Shown: positions 17,572-25,737 of the stretch, piece by piece
Layout: every line of letters starts with the position of its first letter
Position numbering within the stretch: position 1 is the first letter of the stretch
Origin: Nostoc sp. PCC 7120 = FACHB-418
Lineage (GTDB): Bacteria > Cyanobacteriota > Cyanobacteriia > Cyanobacteriales > Nostocaceae
Assembly: GCF_000009705.1 (NCBI RefSeq)
Contig: NC_003272.1
Location: forward strand, 1,440,001 to 1,472,000
DNA length: 32,000 nt
Reading direction: 5' to 3'
Notes under the pieces: generated by a model
The model's database searches: none
The model's input: the letters and a program-made list of their open reading frames with translations, nothing else
What the model was told of the DNA's origin: nothing
Position numbers and translations under genes: made by a program

Positions 17572-18735
17572 ATGAATAAAATTCTGGTTATTGAAGATGA
17601 TATCCATGTACGCCAAAATATCTTAGATTTGTTAGAAGGTGAGGGATTTAATATACTTGAAGCGCACAATGGACTCCTTGGTGTGCAATTAGCTCAAGAA
17701 GAAATTCCTGACTTAATTATTTGCGATGTCATGATGCCAGAACTAGATGGATATGAAGTCTTAAAGGCATTACGCCAATGCCCAGAAACGGCAATAATTC
17801 CTTTAATTTTTCTAACTGCTAAGTCTGATAAGAATGACTTCCGTCAAGGTATGGAGATGGGAGCAGATGACTATATCATCAAACCTTTCACAAGAGCAGA
17901 GCTATTAGCAGCTATTGCCTGTCGATTAGAGAAACATATCACAATTAAACAAGAGAATCAAAGAAAACTAGATAATCTACGCAACAGTATTGCTTTATCT
18001 TTGCCTCACGAAATGCGAACACCTTTAAATGGGATATTAGGCTTTTCTCAAATTCTGATGGAAGAGAGTGATAGTCTTGATTCGCAAGCGATTCAGGAGA
18101 TGGCAGAATCCATCTATTTATCTGGTGAACGTCTATTTGGCTTGATTCAAAACTTTTTAATGTACGCAGAATTAGAAGTTATGGGAACTGACCCACAGCA
18201 AATTAAATTGCTGCAAAGTCAAACTACCATATTTCCTAACCCAACACTAATAGAACTTATTACTGAAAAAGCTAAAAAAGCAGCCAGAAAAGCCGATTTA
18301 AGCTTAGAATTACATCCCTGTAGTGTAAGAATTTCTACAACCAAGATAGCTAAAATTATAGAAGAATTATTAGATAATGCTTTCAAATTTTCCTCTCCAG
18401 GCAGCCTAGTTAAAATCAAAAACCAGGTTATTAACAATTGCTTAATCTTATCATTTATTGATCATGGACGAGGAATTACAGCAGCACAAATTGCTGAATT
18501 AGGAGCGTATCAGCAATTTGAACGTAAACTTTATGAGCAACAAGGTTCTGGATTAGGTTTAACTATTGCTAAACGCATAGCTGAACTACATGGCGGCAAA
18601 TTAAAAATTCACAGCAAGCCACAAGAAAAAACAATTGTGCAAGTAGTACTACCATGTAGCCAGCGACAAGAAGACTATTGTGACAGTACTTACTATCAAA
18701 AATCGTCAACTATAGGAATCCGAATGGATTATTGA
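17572..18735 (+). CDS. Hybrid REC-histidine kinase (receiver, HisKA, HATPase_c)
   Basis: REC (ILVIEDD, LIICDVMMP, LTAKS, KPF), H-box LPHEMRTPLNG, N box LLDNAFKFS, G boxes DHGRGI and GSGLGLTIAK. I prefer ATG 17572 (MNKILVIEDD) over the track's TTG at 17560. Confidence 0.88.
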   Translation: MNKILVIEDDIHVRQNILDLLEGEGFNILEAHNGLLGVQLAQEEIPDLIICDVMMPELDGYEVLKALRQCPETAIIPLIFLTAKSDKNDFRQGMEMGADDYIIKPFTRAELLAAIACRLEKHITIKQENQRKLDNLRNSIALSLPHEMRTPLNGILGFSQILMEESDSLDSQAIQEMAESIYLSGERLFGLIQNFLMYAELEVMGTDPQQIKLLQSQTTIFPNPTLIELITEKAKKAARKADLSLELHPCSVRISTTKIAKIIEELLDNAFKFSSPGSLVKIKNQVINNCLILSFIDHGRGITAAQIAELGAYQQFERKLYEQQGSGLGLTIAKRIAELHGGKLKIHSKPQEKTIVQVVLPCSQRQEDYCDSTYYQKSSTIGIRMDY

Positions 18736-18749
18736 AAAAATTTAACGCG

Positions 18750-18781
18750 AGGACTGTTGAGAGTTGATAGTCAACAGTCCT
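18750..18781 (+). terminator. Hairpin just downstream of the REC-HK stop
   Basis: aggactgttga (18750-18760) pairs with tcaacagtcct (18771-18781): an 11-bp stem with a 10-nt loop, 15 nt after the stop. No clear U-tract follows, so terminator function is uncertain. Confidence 0.4.
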
Positions 18782-18952
18782 GATTAGTAGTTATGCAACT
18801 TAGACGCGCATTAGCTTATCTGTAGTGGCGTGGCAAGGCTAAAATAGTGCGAAAAAATTGTATGTTGGATTACCCTGCGGGAAGGCTTCGCCTACACAAA
18901 GCCTCAACCCAACCTAAGCCTAATCCATCATTTTAGGCCTGTCAGTCCAGTA

Positions 18953-19229
18953 GGGTGGGTATTGCCAGCCCTTTCAACGCGTTCATTTGTACTACCTATT
19001 TTTAGGCTGAAACCTCTATTCTTGCGTTACCGTCAAATTAAGTTTTTTAGTTATCCATACAAGTTGACGAGATTCGCAGATCAAAAACGGTCAATATATG
19101 ACCGATAAAATTGTTCGTTTTTTTGAAGATTTCCCACAAGCCTTATTTTTAGGGGGTTAATTGGAAGTGTTTTTTGAACACAAAATTTAGTACATTAGTT
19201 CGCGTTGAAAGGGCTGGGTGGGTATTGCC
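18953..19229. mobile_element. MITE-like non-autonomous element: 249 bp with perfect 15-bp terminal inverted repeats and a 14-bp flanking direct duplication
   Basis: gggtgggtattgcc (18953-18966) + agccctttcaacgcg (18967-18981) ... cgcgttgaaagggct (19201-19215, the exact reverse complement) + gggtgggtattgcc (19216-19229, an exact direct copy). I see no ORF of meaningful size inside. There is an internal palindrome cggtcaatatatgaccg. Confidence 0.6.
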
Positions 19230-19603
19230 CAACACTAATTCCTCCAAGCCGGGGAACTCTTTTAGCAGTTGCGCCCCTAAGTGTACTTGTATTAGTTAAG
19301 CATTTGCAGTGAACAAAATATTAGTGGCTAATATATTTACGGCAGGAGACTTACACCGCATCATCAGTACTTTAGGAAAAACTGCACTAGCCAATTAGCT
19401 ACTCCCTACCGACTTTAGTAAAAGCTTAAGCATTGCTCAGATTGCCATTGGCTCTTTGGGCAATGCCGTAAGCTAGTTGGGTATGTAGATTTGGCTGACT
19501 CAAGTTCTATTATGTACAACGGATGTTTGCGATCGCGTTGGTGTTTTTGTATAAGTTAGTATATAAGTTGTATAAATTGTATAATAACGGACAAATTGTT
19601 GTC

Positions 19604-21928
19604 ATGGCAAAGCGATCGCTCCAAGCCTCTGCGGAAGGTATTAGAAAAGCAAAGCAGGCTTTTAAGCGCAAAGGATGGACACAAGAATATCTGGCGGCGG
19701 AAGTTGGTTTAGAAACACGCCAGTCAATATGGAAATTTTTTACTGGTAAACCTATAGATCGTCACGTCTTTAATGATATTTGCTTTGCGCTAGAACTGGA
19801 GACAGCAGAAATTTTCCAACAATCCGTTGAAAATTCTTTATATTTAGAAGGTGACGAATATAGCCTAATAGATATTGATCTTCTAGTACAAAAATTACGC
19901 TCTATTCATCACGACAAAATTCAGGCTCAATGTAGCACATTACATCTTTTAGATATTGCTAGACCAATTTTACTTAATGACATTTATATTGATGTCAACA
20001 TCAGCGAGGAAATTTCTAGTAAAAGATGGTTAGATATTCAAGATTTACAAAAGCTAGGTTCCCATAATATTAATTCTCCCATTTTTACACAACGAGATCA
20101 AAAATCAATCGGGGGTTTAGAAGCTCTGAAAAAATATTCCAAAATGATATTATTGGGGAAACTAGGCTCAGGTAAAACTACATTTTTACAATCAGTTGCT
20201 CTGAGTTGTACTCAAGGAATATTTCAGCCAAATTACCTACCTATTTTTGTCAATCTCAAAAACTTTGCGGAAGATGCTAAAGATTCTCGGCAACTTAGCT
20301 TATTTAAATATATACTCGACCATGTGATGAACTTTGGCATTACTGAAGGAGAATTGAGGACTGTATTATCTCATGGTAGAGCCTTAATTTTGTTAGATGG
20401 GTTAAATGAGATTATAGGACAGAACCATGAAAAAAACATCAATAAAATTCACGGTTTTATCCAAAAATTTTATAAAAATCAAATAGTTATTACTTGCCGT
20501 ACAGGCACAAACTATTCTAATTTTCATGGCTTTACAGAAGTAGAAATCACTGATTTTGATAAAATAAAAATCACCGAATTTGCTAATAAGTGGTTCTTGA
20601 GAGTAGCTAACAATTCGCAAGAAAAATCTAAATTTTTAGCACACAAATTTGTGCAAAGGCTCGAACTAGAAAAAAATCATCGTCTTCTTGAGTTAGCTAA
20701 CAGACCAGCCTTATTGATTCTTTGCTGTTTGGCATTCCAGTCTGCGGCAGATTTCCCTTTTCATCATTTTGAAATTTATAAACAAGCATTGGATTTGCTT
20801 TTAGTCCGCTACGATGATGTAAGAGTAATTCAATACAGTCGAACTTTTACTAATTTATCTCTGTTGCACAAAATCAAGCTACTTAGTCACATAGCCGCAA
20901 TTAGCTTTCATCAAGGGGATTATTTTCTCACTGAAACAAAGCTCCAGCAAGTAATAACTGAATATCTACTCCATCAAAGCAATACCATAACTGATACAGA
21001 TGCTTTGGAACTAGAGAGTACCGCAATCATCAAAACAATTGAATTACAGCATGGTTTATTAGTTGAAAGAGCGAAAGGCGTTTACTCTTTCTCTCATCTC
21101 ATATTTCAAGAGTATTTTATAGCTAGAGAAATCGTAGCTAATGCAAATAATCAAATGCTGCAAGAATTAGTTAGCCATTTATCTGATCAACGCTGGCATG
21201 AAGTATTTTTGCTAGTTGTCTGGATGCTACAACCAGTAGATAATTTATTAAAATTAATCAAGGAAAAGATTGATAATATAGCTATCGGAAATCGCAGACT
21301 ATATCATTTTATACAATGGGTAGAACACAAGTCTGCTCAAGTAAGTTATATCTACCATCCTGCTAGTGTACGTGCTTTTTACTTTAGTATAGCTTTACCT
21401 CCAGAACATCCCTTGGCTTGTAACCAAGATTTAGCAATATCCTTAGAGCATCAGTTTACTGGTAGTTTGTCTATAGACTTAGCATTAGATTTGGCTTTAA
21501 CTAATGCACTAGCGATGAGTATGACAATGACGGCTGATATATTTTTTGCTAGGTTATCTACTTTAAATTTAGCTCTAGACTTGAAGCACTTATTAGTCAA
21601 TCAGGTATCTTTACATAACTCACTGCAAAATATTAAAAACCAGTTACCATCTTCTACTCAAGGAAGAGAATACTTAAGAGATTGGTGGCTATCAAATGGA
21701 CAAGCATGGACTGAAGAATTACGCGATTTGATGATTAATGAGCGTAAGATTGGAATTGATTGGCAGTTCGTACAACAAGATTTACAAGATTTACAAAAGT
21801 ATTGGGATGCCAACAAATTACTAATAGATTGTCTAAAATTTGCTAGAGATATTTCACCTACTTTACGTTATGAGTTAGAAACAAGTTTATTTTTAGCTAA
21901 ACAATATCAATTAAATGTAATTATGTAA
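19604..21928 (+). CDS. STAND NTPase: N-terminal helix-turn-helix, NACHT-type P-loop module, helical C-terminal region without recognisable repeats
   Basis: 774 aa from ATG 19604 (MAKRSLQASAEGIRKAKQAFKRKGWTQEYLAAEVGLETRQSIWKFFTGKP: Cro/XRE-like HTH pattern). Walker A GKLGSGKTT (about 20157-20183), Walker B LILLDGLNE, then ITCR and a winged-helix-like stretch. The C-terminus ends in WQF...LQKYWDANKLLIDCLK, a tail pattern I recall from cyanobacterial NACHT proteins. The track's upstream 27 codons (19523-19603) look non-coding. Confidence 0.8.
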   Translation: MAKRSLQASAEGIRKAKQAFKRKGWTQEYLAAEVGLETRQSIWKFFTGKPIDRHVFNDICFALELETAEIFQQSVENSLYLEGDEYSLIDIDLLVQKLRSIHHDKIQAQCSTLHLLDIARPILLNDIYIDVNISEEISSKRWLDIQDLQKLGSHNINSPIFTQRDQKSIGGLEALKKYSKMILLGKLGSGKTTFLQSVALSCTQGIFQPNYLPIFVNLKNFAEDAKDSRQLSLFKYILDHVMNFGITEGELRTVLSHGRALILLDGLNEIIGQNHEKNINKIHGFIQKFYKNQIVITCRTGTNYSNFHGFTEVEITDFDKIKITEFANKWFLRVANNSQEKSKFLAHKFVQRLELEKNHRLLELANRPALLILCCLAFQSAADFPFHHFEIYKQALDLLLVRYDDVRVIQYSRTFTNLSLLHKIKLLSHIAAISFHQGDYFLTETKLQQVITEYLLHQSNTITDTDALELESTAIIKTIELQHGLLVERAKGVYSFSHLIFQEYFIAREIVANANNQMLQELVSHLSDQRWHEVFLLVVWMLQPVDNLLKLIKEKIDNIAIGNRRLYHFIQWVEHKSAQVSYIYHPASVRAFYFSIALPPEHPLACNQDLAISLEHQFTGSLSIDLALDLALTNALAMSMTMTADIFFARLSTLNLALDLKHLLVNQVSLHNSLQNIKNQLPSSTQGREYLRDWWLSNGQAWTEELRDLMINERKIGIDWQFVQQDLQDLQKYWDANKLLIDCLKFARDISPTLRYELETSLFLAKQYQLNVIM

Positions 21929-22094
21929 ATCAACTATGGGTAAAAAAATTTTGGATGCGGTCTAAACTACTAGTTAAGTGAGTTTCATATTTAGATATGG
22001 TAATTGAGCATACCTTAATTATTCACAGGCATTAATTTAATTTATAACTAAGAAATTATGTTATTTAGAAGTATGTTTATTAAGTAATCAAATC

Positions 22095-22925
22095 ATGCCT
22101 ACATATACGTCACTCCCAGGTTCATCATTAATAGAGCGAGATCCTCAGGTTATTGAATTATTGATGCCAGTGTGGGAATGGTTTTATCGTTACTACTTTC
22201 GAGCAACAACTGACGGATGGCATCATATCCCAACAGAAGGTAAAGTACTGCTGGTTGGTTCTCACAATGGTGGAATGGCTTCTCCTGACCTGATAATGAT
22301 GATGTATGATTGGTTTTCTCGATTTGGAACTAAGCGTTTGGTGTATGGGCTGATGCACCCTTACGCTTGGAAAGTCAGTCCTCAAATCGCTCACCTAGCA
22401 CAAAAAATCGGCGCTATTGTGGCGCATCCAAAAATAGCTGGCGATGCTTTTGATCTGGGTGCTAGCGTTCTTGTTTACCCTGGAGGACAATATGATATGT
22501 TCCGTCCTTACAGCCAACGCCACAAAATTAATTTTGCCGGACACCAAGGTTTTATCAAGCTAGCTTTAAAAAAAGAAGTCCCCATCGTCCCCCTCATATC
22601 GGTAGGCGCACATGATACATTGATTGTTTTATGTGATTGCTATGATTTAGTCAAACAATTCCATCAATGGGGCTTACCCTGGTTTTATCAAGTAGATCCA
22701 GGCGTTTTCCCTATCTACTTGGGTTTACCTTGGGGTTTGTCTATAGGCCCTCTACCAAATATTCCTCTACCTATGCAAATTCACACTCGCGTCTGTCGTC
22801 CGATTATTTTTGAACGTTATGGCAAAGATGCAGCGAAGGATCGTGATTATGTAAATAGTTGCTATGAATTAGTCTATACAAAAATGCAATATGAGTTAGA
22901 TAATTTAGTGAGCAATTCTCGATGA
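22095..22925 (+). CDS. Acyltransferase of the PlsC/LPLAT (MGAT/DGAT2-like) superfamily
   Basis: 276 aa. The pattern VGSHNGGMASPD ... LVYPGG ... GFIKLALKKEVPIVPL resembles lysophospholipid/diacylglycerol acyltransferase-like proteins. Assigned by motif only. Confidence 0.55.
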   Translation: MPTYTSLPGSSLIERDPQVIELLMPVWEWFYRYYFRATTDGWHHIPTEGKVLLVGSHNGGMASPDLIMMMYDWFSRFGTKRLVYGLMHPYAWKVSPQIAHLAQKIGAIVAHPKIAGDAFDLGASVLVYPGGQYDMFRPYSQRHKINFAGHQGFIKLALKKEVPIVPLISVGAHDTLIVLCDCYDLVKQFHQWGLPWFYQVDPGVFPIYLGLPWGLSIGPLPNIPLPMQIHTRVCRPIIFERYGKDAAKDRDYVNSCYELVYTKMQYELDNLVSNSR

Positions 22926-23563
22926 AGGTGCGCTTAATTATTTTAAAAGTCGGGAATTATCACGAGAAAATCTCTGCGCGCCTCCCTTCTCTCCGCGTTA
23001 ACAAGGCTAAAATTTGGCGCAGCTTGAAGTCCTAATGCTCAATGATAAATATTTGCACACACTGCTTATCACTCTAAGCGCCATAGGGCTTTACATGACT
23101 CAAAAATATTTTCAAGACAGTGGCGATGGGAAACGATGAAAATGTGATTATTACTGCTATGCAAGCATTATTTTATACATAACTTCCAAGTGTTATTAAG
23201 CTCTTTTTTTAGATTTAAAGCCTGATTTGTGTTGTCAGGCAATAGTTTATCGGCAATAGATGTTAAATGTATCTTTAAATACAGCGATTTTTTATCTAAA
23301 TTCAAGGAGTCCTCCTGCTAAAGCCCCAAATATCATTGCAGATTAAAAAAAATACATAAAGAGTATATGATAACTTTACTTTTCTCTCAGCCTAAAAACT
23401 GACCTAATAGGTTTTTATATCTTTTCTTCATTATTAAGACTATTAATTGAGTTAACAACTGAAACCAGTAATATTTCCCTAGCAATCATCTGCATGACAG
23501 AGCAAGATTGAGTTACAACAAGGTGCATCCCATGAACTCACTCATATTCATAGGGATTTAGAT

Positions 23564-23860
23564 ATGACTTCAATAAATTCAAAATCTCCAAAAATTTTTC
23601 GTCAAACTAAGCCGAATAAAAAACTGCCAACTTCGAGCAATTTGCTATACACAGGTTTGACCATAACCATGCTACTTTGTACATATGCTACAGCGAAAGC
23701 TCTTTATCCCTCCCTTGCGGATTTTTTCTCTGCTGCCAGTGGTGGTAGATTTGAGTCTACATCCATACCTTGGTTAAATAGTAAATCTGAATGTGAATAC
23801 ACTGGACGTTATTGGCGTGATAACCAATGTTGGGATAGTGAACATCAGCCAATGTTTTGA
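23564..23860 (+). CDS. Small hypothetical protein with an N-terminal hydrophobic (signal/anchor) segment and a Cys-containing C-terminus
   Basis: 98-aa ORF with AGGGA 9-13 nt upstream of the ATG. Hydrophobic stretch LLYTGLTITMLLCTYATAKA, C-terminus SECEYTGRYWRDNQCWDSEH. No family recognised and coding status is unproven. Confidence 0.35.
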   Translation: MTSINSKSPKIFRQTKPNKKLPTSSNLLYTGLTITMLLCTYATAKALYPSLADFFSAASGGRFESTSIPWLNSKSECEYTGRYWRDNQCWDSEHQPMF

Positions 23861-24013
23861 TTGCTAATTTTTCAGGACTTATGTAATTAATACATCAGCT
23901 TCAACTATGGGATTTGAATATTATTGATTGATAAGCTAATAGTGTTGAGTTGAGAACAATCAGTCTGACTATAAGAAATCCTCGGCTCTCTGCCAGATGT
24001 AGTGTTAGCTAAT

Positions 24014-25417
24014 TTAGCTGAAGACGGCAAAGGCTGGACGATATTTGTTCCAAGGATTAGCAACTTCTATTTGTGCTGCCAGGCTGATTAAGGTAGCTTC
24101 TGCCGCAGGTCTGCCAATTAGCTGAACGCTAATAGGTAAACCGTTACGATCAAAACCTGCTGGTAAAGCGATCGCCGGTTGTCCCGTAGCATTGGCTAGT
24201 GGACAAGGGGCTACCCAGTTAATAATTTGTTGGAATGTATCTTCTGGACTCAAAGCAGCCCATTCCCCAACACGGATAGGTGAGTGCAGGTATACTGGCA
24301 ATACTAGTACATCTATATTGTCAAAAAATGCCACAATTTGCCGTGCTACTATTTGCATTTTATAGACGGCTTGGATGTAATCAGCAACAGTACCAGTTCT
24401 CGCTAATAGCCAACGATTAACTGGCTGTAATATCTCCGGTGGTAAACCTGATCCCGCTACACCAGATTGCCAAACGATTTGGAAAGGTTCTACTAACCCA
24501 CTCAAGTCTAAAGACTTTTGTTCTATGTGATGTCCGAGTTGTTCTAATAACTTAACTGTTGTCAACACACCTTGTTGGCAATTAGCGTCTGCTTCACCCA
24601 AGGGAGGAATATCTGTGGCAAATGCGATTCGTAACTGAGTGGGTGGTGTCTGTGCGGCATTTAAAAACGACGGTTCAGGATCTGGTAGCCAATAAGGATC
24701 ACCTGTCACATAACCAGACATAGCATCTAATAGGGCGGCTGCGTCGGCAACAGTACGGGCAATTGGCCCATTAGTGGAAATGCCTGCCAAGCGATCGCCT
24801 ACTGGCGCTTTACTAACTCTACCCCTTGCTGGTTTAATGCCCACCACACCGCAACAAGCCGCAGGCCCACGAATCGAACCACCACCATCGGAACCTTGGG
24901 CGATCGCACATAAACCGGCTGCAACTGCGGCAGCTGCCCCACCACTAGAACCGCCAGGGGTGTATTCTAAGTTCCAAGGATTTCTGGCTGGGACAAATCC
25001 CGTAGGTTCTGTGTAGGGAAATGAACCTAGTTCGGACGTAGCTGTTTTACCTAAAATTGTGAACCCGGCTTGTTTGATGCGTGTCACTACACCATCGTCG
25101 AATTGTGGGATGTTGTTTAACAAAGCTGGATTGCCGTAGGTACAAGGGACACCAGCCACAGCGTTGAGGTCTTTGATGGAAATTGGTACGCCGAAAAATT
25201 GCGGTAGTTCAGGGGTTGTTGTGAGTAATTCTGTTTTGGCTTTAGCATCAGCGATCGCCAATTCTGCTGTCACCGTAAAGTAACTTCCCAATTCTGGGTT
25301 TAACAACTGAATCCTTTGTAAATATATTTCCACCAACTCTAACGGCGACACTTCCCGGCGGCGAATTAATTGCGCCAACTCTAATGCTGGGGTAAAAGCT
25401 AAATCAGTTTCATTCAT
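24014..25417 (-). CDS. Amidase-signature (AS) family amidase
   Basis: GGSSGGAAAAVAAG plus GSDGGGSIRGPA and KDLN...G motifs of the Ser-cisSer-Lys amidase family. The likely start is the ATG at 25417 (MNETDLAFTPALELA), not the track's 25519. It does not look like canonical GatA. Confidence 0.85.
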   Translation of the reverse strand: MNETDLAFTPALELAQLIRRREVSPLELVEIYLQRIQLLNPELGSYFTVTAELAIADAKAKTELLTTTPELPQFFGVPISIKDLNAVAGVPCTYGNPALLNNIPQFDDGVVTRIKQAGFTILGKTATSELGSFPYTEPTGFVPARNPWNLEYTPGGSSGGAAAAVAAGLCAIAQGSDGGGSIRGPAACCGVVGIKPARGRVSKAPVGDRLAGISTNGPIARTVADAAALLDAMSGYVTGDPYWLPDPEPSFLNAAQTPPTQLRIAFATDIPPLGEADANCQQGVLTTVKLLEQLGHHIEQKSLDLSGLVEPFQIVWQSGVAGSGLPPEILQPVNRWLLARTGTVADYIQAVYKMQIVARQIVAFFDNIDVLVLPVYLHSPIRVGEWAALSPEDTFQQIINWVAPCPLANATGQPAIALPAGFDRNGLPISVQLIGRPAAEATLISLAAQIEVANPWNKYRPAFAVFS

Positions 25418-25737
25418 AAAGTGAGAGGAAAAATACCCGATATTTAACTCAAAAACTGGACTCGTTACTTTAGCAAAATTTCTGGGAAATATAAATCTAT
25501 CGTTCCTATGATTTAACAATCAAGCAGTTTCACTAGTGCTACTAGACATTTTCTCAAAGTTTACACAATAGAAGTACTTGGAGTAGTTGTTTTTACTCAG
25601 GATTCTTTCACCGTAATCATGTAATCACTCACGCAACAAGGGAGTAAAAATTCCTTTTCCCAGTTCCCAATTCCTCGTTCCCAATTGCTATTTTCACGGT
25701 CTTACATAAATTTTTGTTCCATCCCCCAGGGATAGCT

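Noticed and set aside
19523-19603. 27-codon N-terminal extension of the NACHT ORF (MFAIALVFLYKLVYKLYKLYNNGQIVV)
   Set aside because: It is the translation of an AT-rich stretch with repeated tgtataa/gtatata motifs that looks like promoter or leader DNA. The HTH domain begins cleanly at Met 19604. The GTA-N8-TAT/GTA spacings here are not canonical NtcA sites (GTA-N8-TAC), so I do not call a regulatory site.
21929-23860. Acyltransferase and the 98-aa ORF as partners of the NACHT gene
   Set aside because: The acyltransferase returns to normal composition (about 45-47% G+C in spot counts) and has its own 166-bp AT-rich upstream region. The small ORF is separated by 640 bp. I see no overlap or coupling signal, so a functional link is left open but not claimed.
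25418-25519. 34-codon N-terminal extension of the amidase ORF
   Set aside because: The extension (MLNHRNDRFIFPRNFAKVTSPVFELNIGYFSSHF) has no counterpart in the amidase fold. The internal Met (MNETDLAF...) gives a typical amidase N-terminus.
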